Source: Amoebophrya sp. A120 (lineage: Eukaryota > Protista > Dinoflagellata). Taken from it: a stretch of DNA of 64,000 bases. Location: assembly GCA_905178155.1 (NCBI GenBank), contig CAJINV010000010.1:1222709-1286708 (forward strand), read 5' to 3'. The position numbers and the translations under genes were made by a program. The notes beneath the pieces were generated by a model. It worked only from the letters and a program-made list of their open reading frames with translations. It had not been told where the DNA came from and searched no databases. Each line of letters begins with the position of its first letter. Within the stretch, counting starts at the first letter, position 1. Shown piece after piece: positions 1 through 15,000 of this stretch.

Positions 1-3000
1 ACGGTCACTGGAGTTGCAACTGCTGGCGCAAGTTCATCTGCCATCGAATTCGCCAGATCGACCGTTGTTTGCACTAGGAAGCAGTCGAGCAAGCAGCCGT
101 CGATTCCGAACGCGAAGATCAGACTTCCGAATGCTTTTCTACCCCACCTTCCCATGGAAATGCTTCCTGGAGCAAGTGCAAGCGGCTTGGAGAAGCTCGC
201 GAATATGCTTCCAGCCTGGAAATACGGCGACAGGCGGGAGTTCAGCTGTGATTTGGGGTACAAGACGAAGTGGGACCAGAGTCAGGCCTTCAACATCGTC
301 TACGATTTAGCGCAGGACGGGGAGTTAGATTACTTCGTGACAAAAGCGGACAGTGCTGCTACAGCACCAACAAGCACGAGTCCTGGAGGAGCCACAACGT
401 TCTCAAAGCCAGCTTCTACCGCCAGCACCATCTTGGAACGGTTCGACGAATCGAAAAGCAATGACTACTGTGTGAAACTTATCAACTACTGTCCGCCCAT
501 GCAGCAAACCGAGGATTTGACACCAAGAGTCGTTCCTAACAGTGCAACAATCTTAGTGTCCGACGCGGTCGAGGGGATAAACGCGGCTGGTGCTCCGAGT
601 AAAAGGGTGCTAGGGGATAAAGCGGAGTTGCAGTGCGCGAAACCGTACGCGTTTGAGATTGTCGAAGCGAAGATGTCGAAGAAACAAGTGCTGCAGCTGA
701 AGAAAGTTGCGAAAGGACAAAGCAAGCTGCAACTCACCTGTGTTGCGAAAACCGCAAGTGTTGGTGAGTGGGTGTTTGACGATAAAAGCATGAACGAGAA
801 GGATTTGAAGTGCGTACCGGTTTCCGACTACTGCCCAGATCTGCGAGGGTTCGTCAGCGCCACGAAGCAAATCGCAAGTCAGCTGGACACAACCGCGGTG
901 ATAAAGCAGCAAAGTTGGCGCGGGCGGTCGTTGCCAGAAGAGTGGGCGGAGCGGGAATATTTTACGGATTCGGTTTACCAATTGAAGTGCAAAACAGGGT
1001 TGGAACTGGTTCCAGTGCTGCAAACAGCGACGACTTCAGGTGGTGGAACAACTGCAGCAACCGCTGGAGATGAGAGGACACTTGCCACAGGACCTGGACT
1101 TAATTCTGCCGTGTTATCTTTTGAAACAACGGTAGAGTGCAATGAGAGGGAGACGCAATACGTTTTAAAAACAGCAAGCTCCTCGAGCAAGCCGCTAAAA
1201 CTCACTGCCGACACCCAGCTCTGCCGGCCGATTTCAAACTACTGCAAACCCATGTCCACCGAGCAGATCCAAATCAAAGTGTTGTCTGTCGGGGACTTTT
1301 CTGGGTACAACGATCGAATTGCGTTTTCCCTCAAAGGAGCAAAGTTGGGCGAAGTTATCGAAATGGAAAACAACAAGATCTGCCTCCATGGTTTCGGATC
1401 TTATCGACCTAATTCGGTGGATGCAAACAAGAAAATCAACTTTCAGTGCCAGGAAGACGGTAGCTTCTCCGGGTTGGAACAGGTGAACTGCCAACCGCAC
1501 CAGTGCACGGCCTTGGAACATCTACGGGCAGCGAAAGGAGTAAGTAGGAACTTCATCCAGGTGTCGCCAGACCCCAACTCGAAGGAACATTTGAAATTCA
1601 TGGAAACGTTGGAATTAGAGTGTCTCAGCGGGTACCAGAATTCTGAGAATTCCTTCACGAAACAGTGCTCCTGTTCCGCGTCGGCTGACAATAGCAAGGG
1701 AGTGTTGGTTGAGAACCCGAATAGCAATCATGGGTCGTCTGCAGAAACAGATCAACAAGACGCCTGTTCAAAATTAGAAACAGGCGACACAAGCTCGATT
1801 TGCGCGGAAGAAAACTTGAACTTCTGCCCCGCGGTAGATGTCGCTGCGGCCACAGCTGATAGTACTGTTTCACAAGAAGAAAGCTTCATCGTGGAAGCCA
1901 CCGTTCCGAGCGGGAAATACCAACAAGAAACCACCCTGAGCTGCAAACCCGGCTACGTGTTTGCGAGTACGAGTGACGATGCTCTGACTAGCGACTCTTC
2001 GCAAAGGAACAAGAAGCGTGGGTCTTGGGGAATCAGGAACAAGTCAAAAACAGTGGCTCTCTCAGACAAAAAACAACTGATCTGCGGCGGTCCGTCCATG
2101 CCGTACGAATCAAAAATCCGGCATTCTGGGTCTTGGTTTCCAGAAATCAGCACGTTGAAATGCGAGAAAAACCCTGATTTTTGCCCCGAATTGAAACCAA
2201 TCCCGAACGGGCAAGTTCTTTCCTTAACCGATGAGAAAAAGCTGCATTCCGTTATAACCCGCTCAGGTGTTACAATCTCAAACGTTACAATAGAATCTGG
2301 GATTTGTCTTGCATGATGAACATGACAGACTCGGACAGCATTCCACTTTCTGCAATACAAATTTCGCCAGATTGTAGTGCGGATTGGGACTCCAGAACTT
2401 GTCATGCGCAATCCTATGAGAGTCGGTTGGATCATGCAATCTTGCATCACAGATTTCGATATTCTATATGTAACGTTTGAGATTGTAACACCTGAGCGGG
2501 TTATATCCGTCGCAACGCTGAAGTGCGACAACGGCTACGAGGTCGCTTCGATCGGCGGCGTGGAAACGATATGCATTGCAAATATGTCTGGGTCTGGAAG
2601 GTTGGAACTTGTGACGCTATTTCTGCATTCTGAAAAAATCTGTATCTGTATTGCATGACCTTGACCAGCAAGGTGAGGGGTCCAGCTTGTGCGACATGGA
2701 GAGGGCATTTCTCATGCGGAATAGGCATCGGGAAGCCCCCTAAAAATCTGCGATGCTAGGTCATGCATTAGAGGCATCATGGGTCATGCAAAATATGCAG
2801 GACAAACCTGGCCATCTTCCAGACCCAGATATTTTTGCATTCGATAAACGACCGCGGTCTGCAATTCTCAAGCGGTGTGGGAGAGATTAGAAACGTTTTC
2901 CTGCAGTAGAATCGCGAACTATTGCTTAGCGGGAGAAGCGTTGCAGTCGCTGGAAAACGGGAATCTAAAAACTTTGGAAAAGAACAAGTTACTCGTTCTT

Positions 3001-6000
3001 CCTATCAACGAGCAATTGAAGCAAATCAACCGCGCGGACTACTGCGCCCCCGGCTACAGCTTTCCGGGGGAGGATATCCTGTGCAAAAGTATCGTACTCG
3101 TAGTAATCGCAAACATGCATTACAAATCTTGCTCTTAAGGCAAATCCGCATCACAAATTTTACTTCTCATGCTGTAATGCATTTATACGAGTACGATACT
3201 TTTGCAATGCATAGAGGAGATGCCAGTTTGCAAAGAGGGGGACGAGAAAAGCGGGAAGTTGGATCCGTTGCCTTTTTGTACCCAATCGGCGGACTTCTGT
3301 CCGGCGGTGTCTTCATTGAAGTCTATGGTAGAATCGATCCCCGCCGGCGTGAAGGACGGAAAAGCGGTCGTGAAGTGCAGCGCCGGGTATGTTGTCACCG
3401 GGGAGTTGCTGGCGGGGAGAGTAGAGACCGGCGCCAGAACAGAGGACGTCGACATGCAACTAGATATCACCTGTCAAATGCTCTCCACTTCCACCAAAGG
3501 CGGGAAATGGAGTCCGGATCCGAAAAAAGTTTGCGAATTGAGGAAAAATTACTGCGGCGAATTGCAGGTGAAAAATGGGTTCATGCAAACAGGTGGAATA
3601 AAGCAAGGGGAAGGTCAACAGATGAAAGTGAAAAAGCTCGGGGAACAAGCGATTGCCGTCTGCAACCCGGGGTATGAAATCGCGAATGGGAAGTCGAATA
3701 AGCACAACTGTGTGACTGATGGGTTGAAACAGGGGAAATACCAGCCGGAAAGGGCGACATGTGTGAAGATCAAGAATTACTGCCCCCCACTGTACAATAA
3801 CGAGGAAAATCACTGGGTGACGGACGTGCAGTCCGGCGCCCTGGGGGAAGAGGCGAAAATTTCCTGCGAGGCCGGGTACATGTTTCCATTTGCTGTTTCG
3901 AAAATCGGCAGTGCAGAAGCTGATGCCGGTTCAACAGAAGACTTCATTTTCGAACACACAATCACCTGCGCGCTCCCAGGTGGTGGCGAGTCAGCAGGCG
4001 CACAACTTATTCCTGGCGGAACCGCATCTTCACCTGGAACTACATTCGCCAACCCATCAACTTTCAACGACGAAGAAGGTTTTTGGACCAACGTGAAGCA
4101 CTGCGTCCCCGTTCCGGACTATTGTCCGAAAAACGTAGAGCTGCATGACGAGAACAAACGACCAATGAAAATTCTCAAGTCCGGCTTATCAAATGTAAAA
4201 ATGTCTGGGTCTGGAAGAATGCAACTTGTCATGCTGCATTTGGATTCAAGAAAAATCTGTATTGCATGAGTACCAAAAGGAATGTAATTTTTGCTACGCG
4301 GAGAGGGCATTTTTCATGCGGAATAGGCATCCAGAAGCTCTGAAAAAATCTGTGATGCTAGGGCATGCATCACAGACATCAGGGCTCATGCAAAACGTGC
4401 ATGACAAGTGTCAGAATGTTCCAGACCCAGACATTTTTGCATTTGATACGGCTCGATCTCCGATGATCTCTTCGCTTCTGATGTCCAATGCCTCAACCCC
4501 GCGTACACGAAACTCAAAGAGTCCCGCGGCAGTATCTGGCGGGGGCAGAGCTTATCCCTGCACAAGAAAGCGGCAGTCTGTCTTGCGGACAAACAGAAAA
4601 TTGGGAAGTGGGAGATTTACGGGAAGTGCGAGAAAGCGGAGAATTTTTGCTTCTCCAGCGAGGAAACAGATAAACACTTAACGTGTGAGAAACTGCCGGC
4701 GCTTCAGTTTGAACAGTCCGCGTCTGTGACGATCTGCGCGAAGGGGTATCTGGAGGAATCGGTGCTCGATTGGGAGGTGAAATTAACGTGCTCCGAGCAA
4801 GCGAAGGGGGCTTCCTCACCTTCTCCCACCTCATCGCAAACACAAGACGACGATGATGACATCTCGAACCGTGGGCAGTACCGCGTGACCGGGGTGCACA
4901 GTGAGAGGAAGCACATTAGTGACGGATCGATCTTGGATGGAAGTAAACTGAAATGCTTCGCGTCCAAGACCTACTGTCCGGATTTCAAGCATATGAAATG
5001 TAAAAATGTCTGGGTCTGGAAACTTGTGCTGCTGGGTGGCGTCTCATGATGAGGCTACAAATGCTGGCTCAGCATGACAAGTTTCTGAGGTCCTAGGTGT
5101 TGCCTAGTCTGCATGACAAACTGCGCTTCTGCATCACAGAAAAACGGAGCTCTTGGGTAATGTGCATGACAGATTTAAGAGTCATGCCAGACACGCATGA
5201 CAAACATGAATTCTTCCAGACCCAGACTACACTTTTACATTTGATAAAGCACGTCCCAGTTGTCCCAAGGAGAAAAGGGTTGCCGAAGGAAATGGAATTC
5301 CCGAGGTTGTTGAATTCCAGATTTCCTATAAAAGAACTCTGCGCGATCGGGTACGAGCCCGCGAACCCGGAGGAGGACTACCTTGTCTGCACCGAAGACA
5401 GGTATGCGCAGGGGAAATGGCTGGTGTCGAATTCACTCGAGTTGACGAGCAAACAGAAAAAAGCGAAACAGGATCAATACAATTGCGAGGCGATTCAAGA
5501 TTGGTGTCCGGAAGTTCTCGATGTCGAGAAAAACACGATCAGCAGCTCAAAAATCGCAGCCACCGCGCAAATCACCTGTCAACCGGGGTTTACGACGAGC
5601 TTTTTGTTCCAAAACAGCAAATTGAGGTGCATGGAAAAGCGGAAGTGGGGGTATTTGAAAATTGTGGATCCGAGTAAGTATCAACAAAGCACGTCTATGG
5701 CTGGTACTACGCGAGGGATGAATATCCCACGAACAAAGTGTTACAGTTACACATTTGTACGTGAATTCAGCAACACAAATTTCTCTGCATGAGAGAGAAA
5801 ACTTGTAATGCAGAATTTCTACGGGAAAACACCTATGAAACGAGGCTCCTATGCATATCCTGCATGACAGAGCTTGTCTGTCTTGCTTGGCCTGCAACCC
5901 AATGTGTAACTGTAACACTTTTTTCTCGCGATAATGAACAATATTTTTGGCGATTTTGACCTGTTTGGATTCGGGGGGACAACGGCGAACGGATATGCAG

Positions 6001-9000
6001 TGCAAACGTAATTTGGTAGTCGCACTAGTAAATTGTAACCATGCATAACAAATCTCATGTCTTAGCCAGATCCGCATTCCAAATTGCATTTTTTCTCTTG
6101 GAAAATTTGTATTGCAATTTTATCTACAAGAACTACTACGATATTTTTGCAATGCATAACGGACAGAGAGCTGGTGGTGCAACTGCAGTGACCATTGACG
6201 ATGAAAAAATCCGGGATGACCGTCTGCCGCCCGGGGTGAAAATGATGTATTTCGAAGGCGTTCAAGCGCACCAAAATAATCCGAGCAGTACAGACAGTAT
6301 GGGACCACAAGCCGCAGTCGTGTTGACCGATGCGACCCCAGGCAGCACACCGGGCGAAGATCGCGAGGTATCCTGAGCGAAAACGTCCCCTGCGCAAAAA
6401 CGTTCTAGAAAATGCTTCTCATGGGGCCCCGCATGAGAAAAATTTTACGCATGCTGATTTGCATGACAACGTATGAAATGGGGACGTTTTTGGATAGGAT
6501 ACGAGGACGATCTTCTGTGCGAGAAGAAGGAAGACTACTGTAAAGCAGTCCAAGAGCAGTCCTTCAGTATCGAGCCCGGGCTGATCAACGAAGTAAAATC
6601 TGTGGTTTGCGCCGATGGCTACGAACCCTTTGCCGCGGTGAAAATTGTACCTGGATCGATGGAACAAGTGGAAGACACTGGTGTTCCAAATATCAACAGC
6701 CAGATCGGACAGGAGGAGGACGACGCAGAAGTTTCATCTCCCGTGATTATCACTGCGAAGCCAAAAGAGCACCAGGTCCGCTGCGCACCGTCCGCCAAGG
6801 ATCCCCAAAACCTCGGAGAATATTTCGGCACCGACCTGAAAAAAGCGTGCGTGCCCAAGAAGAATTACTGCCCCGATTTGTCGAAGATTGTGGATCCAAC
6901 GACGGGCGAGAAGACGTTGCTCACACCGTTGCAAAACAGCCAGATCAACGAGGAGAAGAAGGTGAGTTGCGCCGTCGGGTATGGTTGTGCGGAATGTAAT
7001 ATGAAAAGGCAATTTTTGTTGAAATGCGTATCAAGCATAAGCAACGTAATTTCATCATCAAATGCAGCATCTTCGGGTACTACCGATGTTATTACCGGTC
7101 AGTGGCAATTAGCGGAGAAGTCCATGCGAGGGAACAAGCCGATTTTTGAAAACCGGAACCCTTGCAAGCCGATCGTCAGCTACTGTCCAAAGGACCCGCA
7201 GTTGGCGCCGTTCGGCGGGCCGGTTACGAAGGAAATTGAGATCTTCGACTTGAAAAAGCAGCTCGGGGAAAACTTCTGCAAAAACGACGAAGATATCGGG
7301 TTCCGGCTGAATCCGAATGAGGCACCGATCCGGGCGGAGTTGAGCGGGCCGCTGGGTGGTAGAAGTACAACTGGTTTGACGACTTCTATCGACGAAAGTA
7401 ATAGTGCCCTGCCAGCTCCACCGGCCCCTTACATTCTGCAGTGCAAGCCGAAATCGGATCAAGTCGGCGAATGGCGGGTAAGAGTCACCGCTTTCCCCAG
7501 CATCCCGCCGATCGCATTGTCCGATTTCAAACTTTGCTTACCGGCGAGTTGTGGGGCGAATGTCGTTACTTACAGCGGATTCGGGCCGACGAAGGAGGAA
7601 ACGGGGACGAAGAAGTTTCCGAAGGGGAGTGTTGAGAAAATCCAGTGCCCGGTTGGGTTTTCTTTGAAGAAGGACTTGGAGAGTTTGATTGAACAGATTT
7701 TTCCAGCGACCACGACAGGAGAAAAAAACTCAAAAACCGACAACAATAAGAATAAACTCCAAGCCACACTGAACAGAGACACTAACACCGTCGAGCTTCG
7801 CTGCAGCCAGCACATTGAAAAGCCGACGGAAGATTTTCTCTCCTCCGCACTCGATCCCGACTTCTACTGCGAGCCGAAGAGTTGCCAAGCGGGAAAGATC
7901 ACGAACGGGGAGATTCTCGACACGCACATTTTCGGCGAGCGCGTCTTCCCGAAATGCGATCTGGGTTTCGCGGGGAAGCCCTGCATGTGTGCGGCGAATG
8001 GGGAATTCGTGTACTTGCCGGCGACGACAAATGAGAAAAACAACGACAAATTCGGCGGAGAATTCGAAGAGGAAGAGGAGGAACGGAACAGGCCGTGGAA
8101 TTTCTTCGGCGGCTTCGGCAGTGGGGGAAAAACCGTCGATACAACCGCCGTGTTGCAGCAGGCGGACACGGCGGGAACGAGTTTAGAGCCTTGTGCGTGT
8201 AAGCTGTCCAAGTCTTTTTGCAACGAGCGGTCGGTCCCAGATTTACCCTTGCAGGGGAGGAGATTGACAGGTTTGGGCGATCAACCTGATGTAGCGCCTG
8301 GTCTTCAAAAGCAAAACCAGCGCCAGGCCGCTGTACAGGAACCTCGAGGCTTGCGGTTGAGACGTCGGCTGTTTGGAGACGAGGAACAAGGAAATCAGAT
8401 CGTCGCGGGGGCCGGCGGGGACAGGAAGATTTACGGCTCCTTCCGCCCCTCCATTGACGCGGCACTGGCGGAGACGAGGTACTATCACTGTCCGGATAAC
8501 ATGGTTTTGCCGAATAACCAGCATTTTGTCGAGGTGAAATGCATCGAACCGACGGAATCAACAAGCAAATCGAAGAAAGACCAGCATAAACGAGTGCAAA
8601 GCACGTCGAGTCCCATCGGGCAATATGTCCTCTCCACCACGAACGAGAAGTTTGATTTGAAGAATTACCAGTGCTCCGCCCAGCGGTGCCCGGAGTCCTT
8701 GGAGCAGTTGAAAAAAGTCGGTTACGAAATCCTCGACACGAAAGACAACACCTGCAGCGACGTATCCACTACAAATATGTCTGGGTCTGGAATAAAAGAG
8801 CGAATTTGTGATGCATGTTGCAGCCGCCCACACAAAAATCTGTGTTGCATGTCTTGCACAAGATCCCCACTTCTGACCATGTTGCCGAGAAGCGATTTGT
8901 CATGCAGACTAGGTATCACCATTTTTCACCAATAGGAGGCAGAACCTGTGATGCTAAGCCCTGCATTCCAGATTTTGTTGAGCTTGGAAAAATTGCATGA

Positions 9001-12000
9001 CAAATCTCGCAATCTTGCAGACCCAGACATGCGTGCTATCCATACGCCTCCGTCGGGGGCATCTGCCAGCTCCGCTGCGAGGGGGCGGACGAAGCTTGGG
9101 AGGTGTTTACGTGCAGTGACAGCGGAGAAAATGTTTCGGATCAGAGTCATGTTGGCGGAGGCTCGGCAGGACAGCAGGGGGCCGCTTCTACTAGCAAAAA
9201 CAAGTACAGCTGGGTCTCGAAGGACACGAAGGTAAAGTACAAGATCGATCTGAACCGCTGCCAGTCGCCGATCACGCTGATGTATCAAATGCAAAAATGT
9301 CTGGGTCTGGAAGAATGCAAGTTTGTCATGCTTGTCTGGCATGACTCCAGAATCTGTGTTGCATAGGCACGAAAAGGCCCTCGAACCTGTCATGCAAAAA
9401 CGCAGTTTGCCATGCGGAATACGTAAGACGTGGCAGCCAAAGGGTTTGTCATGCATAGCTGCGTACTGCAGTGCTTCTATCATTCACTTTTAGCATTACA
9501 AGTTTCCAGACCCAGACATATTTGCAGTCCATATGATGCTGCAAGACGCGATGACGAAGGAACCTGTTACGTTCAGCCAAATCGACTCTATATCCTGTGC
9601 AAAAGTATCGTACTCGTATTGCAATCATGCATTACAAATCTTTCTCTCCAGGTAAATCAGCACTACAAATTTTATTTCTCATGCTGAGGAAATTTGTGAT
9701 GCATTTATAAGAGTGCGATACTTTTGCAGTGCATACTCTATCGAGATTGAGAACGAACTCTACGGGAACCGAAACCTCCAGATCAACACGAAGCAGTTGG
9801 CGAAGAAAAACCGCGCCGTTTTCACGTGGCAGCAGGGCGACGTGGGGCAGTTGGTTTTGTCCCCGAAGCAAACCGCGGAGGCGCAGACCGGGATTCAGTT
9901 CAAGCAGGCCAGTCAGCAGTACGGTGAGCAATTTATCGCGAAGGATTTGGCGAATCCAAACCGGAAAATGCTGTTGTTCCTTCTGGACCGGGTTATGGAC
10001 CACGGAGACGTCAACGAAGACTGCACGTTCGCCGGGGAAATTTCCTCCTTCCGCGCGGTGCTCTGGTGGGACCAGTACCCGAAAGATTTGGATCTGTACG
10101 CGACCTACATGGAGTGCATCGACCAGGTGTACGATCTAGAAACCGCGATTGCGGATTCCCACGAGTTCCTCTCCTTCGGGGAAACAAAATCGACCTCGAA
10201 GGGCGGGCAGAGCAACGGTGACGGGCAGGTCCACATCAACTACCCGCGGATCACTGACGATGCGATTGAGGCGGACTCAGGTACCGCGGGGAAAACGACA
10301 GACCTGTGGATCTGGTCGGTCAACCCCACGCCAAGTTACGCGATTTCGTACCAAATGGGTTTAGTCGTTGGGAAATCGGGAAAGCCGGTGTACAGCCGGG
10401 CCACGGGGACGGGGCATCCTTATCCTGTGTAAAACCGTCCCCACCTCCCCGTGGTCAAAATGGCAGATCTGCTACACAAGTCAAGAAGGTTTTGCTGTTG
10501 CGCATGACAAGTGTAGTCGCGCGCAGCTGGTGGAGTAGCTGGTGCAGTCTGTCGCATTGCAAGTCAATTTTTTTATGCTGATTCGAGCATGACAAATTTC
10601 CTGATAGTGTTGGAAATGCCCGTTGTATATTGAGGTGCGCATGAGAGACAATTTGGGCACGCAGATTTGCATGACAAGCATGGGATGTTGGGGACGCTTA
10701 TTGTCAGGATAATCCCCGGGAATTCGCCACGGATGAGTTTGACGAGCTGAAAAAATGGTACAAAATATCAAACAAAAAAAGTTCGTCACGATCACTCATG
10801 CGCAGTTTTGCAATACAAAACTTTCTGTCATGCGTCAAAATGCATCACGGCCAAACTTCAGAAGGGGTTTCCTTTGAGTGTTTCTGCAATACAAGAAAAA
10901 CCTGTGATGCTGGAAAAGTTTCTCATGCAAAGCCTGCAAGTTAGTGACTGTGACAAACTTCTTGCCTTCCATACAAAAAGTACCCAGACGTGGAAAAATT
11001 GCCGTCTTTTTACCTCCCGTTCGCGAAAGGGATATCAAATGCAAAAATGTCTGGGTCTGGAAGAATGCAACTTGTCATGCTAAATCTGGATCATGTATTA
11101 AAAATCTGTGTTGCATGATTTCCAAAAGCTGTCCACTTTTGACCTAATCGAGAGGCAGTTTCTCATGCAGGATAGGCATGATAGAACTCTCACAGAATCT
11201 GTCATGCTATTTCCTACATACCAGGCCTCATGGGTCATGAAAAACCTGCATGACAAGTCTGGCACTCTTCCAGACCCAGACATTTTTGCATTTGATAAGG
11301 GAGCAGTGGTGGCATCAACTCTGGTGCAGCTGCAGGCGGAGCTGCTACTGCAGGAGACGACGAAGGCGGCGTCTCCTCTGGGTCGGAGAGCGATAGTAGT
11401 CCCGGGGCCCCGGGAGCAGGTGGGGCAGGAACAACATCTTCGCAGAACACCGTGATGAAAAAGCAGGACCTCGCCGCGCGGAAGCACCGGGCGGCTTTTG
11501 GCAACCCCATGACCTTCTTCGCGGACAAGAAATTCGAGAAATTCAAGCACTACGCGACTTTAGATATCCGCGAAGCCGGCTACGACGTTTGCCCGATCGT
11601 GTCCTGTGCTTCTAAACTGCAGGAGTTGCGGTCGAGCAACAAGAAAGTGGCCATGTTTGACAAGAAAAACTGCGTGCCCACGATCAACCAGCGGTCAAAG
11701 TGGGTCTCCTGGATTATCGCAAGAAAAAACTGTTTCGCTGTGAACTTGTGATGCAGAGAATGGGGCACAGAACGAGCTGTCTTGCTACACCTGCAAGACA
11801 TTGGATTTTTTAGTGTGTTTTCACTTGGCAAGCGCGCATGCCAAATATTTGGTGTCATGTGTAACTTGTGATGCCGATCTTGCAAGATCATCACAGTGAA
11901 GCAGTTTTTTCGTGGGATATGGATCAGCCCGCTCTTATATGCTCTGCAAAAGTATCGTACTCGTAGCAATTGCTGTTATGCATGACAAATCTCTTTTCCA

Positions 12001-15000
12001 AGGTAAAACAGCATTACAAATTTCATTTGTAATGCTAAGTCGATTTGTAATGCAATTACTATATATTATATTCATGCGAAAAAAGAGGTAGACAGAGGGT
12101 AAACAAGAGGTGGCCGAGAGGTCAAAAAGAGGTCAAAAGAGGTAAAAAAGAGGTCGACAGAGGTGGAGAGGTGGCGCGGGACCCCTTTCGAGAGGGTCGG
12201 CGAGAGGGTGCGCGAGTATAGCCCGCCGAAGGACCCACCTTAAGGCGGCGCCTAAGTGCCTCAGAGGGTGCAGAGAGGTCACAAAGAGGGGGCGCGAGAG
12301 GTCGACAGAGGTCGAGAGAGGTGGCGCGAATAAGGGCCAACCTCTCGCGCACCCTCTCGGCCACCTCTGGGCCACCTCTGTCGACCTCTACCCTCGAGTA
12401 TAGCCGGACTATTAGCGGGGACCCCCAAAAGAGGTAAAAAAGAGGGTCTGCGAGAGGTCTGCGAGAGGGTAAAGACACAAAGTAGCGGGCGCGAATCCGC
12501 ATGGGAGTCCCCATATTTAGCGTCGCAGGCTCTTCGCGGACTTGTTTTGTCCGGCGCCTGTCCCCACCACCCTCTCGCGCACCCTCTCGCGCCACCCTCT
12601 CGCGTCACCCTCTCGCGCACCCTCTCGCGCCACCCTCTCGCATCACCCTCTCGCGCACCCTCTCGCGCCACCCTCTCGCGCGACCCTCTCGCGCCACCCT
12701 CCCGCGCCACCCTCTCGCGGCGGGCGGCTTCTGTTCGCCCCCGGTGTTCTTTGCAGTTGCTCCCTGCGCAGAGCGCCCACAGGCGCGGGAGGCGCGCAAG
12801 TAGTCCTGCGGGTTGGCGCGGCGCAAACTCCAGTATGCTTCGTTGCGCACAGGCCCGTGGCGTTGTGGTCCGATCGGCAAACTGTCTTGCCCCGGTCCAA
12901 CAGCCTTGCGCTCCGGCGGCAGCCGGAGCATGGCTGGTTCATACTAGTACGATACTTTTGCAGTGCATATCTTAATGCATCTGGAGACCACGTACGACCG
13001 GAAATTGAGCGGCGGTGGGGCCGCAAAACTATATGCATTGTAAAAATGTCTGGGTCTGGAAGGTTGGAACTTGTAATGCTAGCTTTCCATACCTAGAAAA
13101 TCTGTATTGCATAACCAACAAAAGTCGCAGCCTCTTTTGTCAGGCAAAAACGCAGTCTCTCATGCGGATTGCCTATGAGAAAGCGTTTTGGGAAGTTGTC
13201 ATGCCGGACTGCATTCGAAAGTGTTTTCATCATGCACATTTTAGCATCACAAGTTTCCAGACCCAGACACTTTTTGCATTTCATAAACTACCTGCAGTAG
13301 TACAGTCTTCTTCGTCCGCAGATACTGAAAAGTTTTTCACCACTCGGCTGCAGAAAAGTCTGCAGGTTGAGCAGGAGAAGAAGCGTTTGTTGGTAGAGAA
13401 GGGTCAATTGAACAAGAAAACTTACGAAAAATTCTTGAAATCCATGTCCATGTGGAAGGCCAAGGGGAACAGTAAGAGAGTGCACAGCTTGCCCTCTCCC
13501 TCACTTGTCATGCAAAACCCCGAATCCAAGCGCTTCCCGGTGGCACTGTTTGCATGACACATTCTGGAAACCCAAACAGTACTACACGACGCGCATGAAT
13601 TATTTGTCATGCACATGCTCTACGTGTGCTCGGTTTCTATTGCTGTTCATGCAATACAAACGAGGGGGATGGGGAGTTGTTGTGCACTCTCATAAACAGT
13701 CGCTTGGAGTTAGAAGTGGACCACCGCGACGGCTTCGGCCCGGAGACGATCACGATGACCAATGTGCCTCTATCCTGTGCAAAAGTATCGTACTCGTATT
13801 GCAGTCATGCATTACATTAAGTTAAATCCGCATCACAAATTTTATTTCTCATGCTGAGGAAATTTGTAATGCATTAGCATTTATACGAGTGCGATACTTT
13901 TGCAGTTCATAGCCTCCGGGGCTGTATAAATTCGGCGTGCACGCTTTTACGGAAGATATGTACTTGCGGGATGCGACGCCGACGGTAGTTATGGGTTCTT
14001 CTATATAATTCCAACAGTTACAGTATCAGTACCATGAGAACATCAAAGCCAAACTCTGAAGCTGCAAGATTAAGCATGAGAAGAACTCGCTTCGGAAAAA
14101 CAAGAGCAATTTTCTTTCGTACGATATTTTTCCCCTATAAAAATGACCAGGTGAAGTTTTGGTTTGGCGACACGGTGTTGATTCATTGCAAACTTGACCG
14201 CGACTCCTGCGACGACCCTCAATATTCGGATGTCCGCTGGTGGAGCGTCGCGACGGTCCTTATCCCCTAAAAATGTGCCATCCCCATCCGATTTGTCATG
14301 CAAAGCATATAGGAAACTCTGTGTCTGTCATGCAGAAAATGGATGGGGAGCATTAATTTTCACCCAATAGTCATCGTGGAAGAGCTCCCGACGAAGACCA
14401 CCGACCCGGTAAGCAAGCAGCAGAAGCATATCCTATGTAAACACCGTCCCCATCCCAGCCATAGTCAAGATGGAAAATCTGCTATACAAATCAAGCAGAT
14501 ATGGTTGCTGCGCATGACAAGTTTGGCTCCGTAGTGAAATTCTGTTTAGCTAGCTCCAGCAGCATCACAGATCTAGAATATCATGCTGATTCGAGCATCA
14601 CAAATTTCAAAACGCGACGAGAAAACGCTTCTCATGGGGCTTTGCATGAGAAACATTACTATCTATTATATTCATGCGAAAATATGGGTTTGGAGAGGGT
14701 AGACGAGAGGTGGCGGGGAGGTGGAAAAGAGGTCAAAAGAGGTGAAAAAGAGGTCGACAGAGGTGGAGAGGTGGCGCGGGAGGTCATTCGGGAGGGTGGC
14801 CGAGGGGTGGCGCGAGTATAGCCCGCCGAAGGGGTCGCCCTTTGGGGCCGCTAAGGGCCTCGGAGGGTGCAGAGAGGTAAAAAAGAGGGCAAGCGAGAGG
14901 TGGACAGAGGTGCCGAGAGGTTGCGCGAATAAGGGGACCCCTCTCGCGGACCCTCTTGGCCACCTCTCGGCCACCTCTGTCGCCCTCTACCCGCGAGTAT

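Noticed and set aside
13468-13699. Canonical GT-AG reading of this intron (gtaag at 13472, cag at 13697-13699)
   Set aside because: Using both sites removes 228 nt and shifts the frame. The frame needs 227 nt removed, which gives GT..CA or TA..AG.
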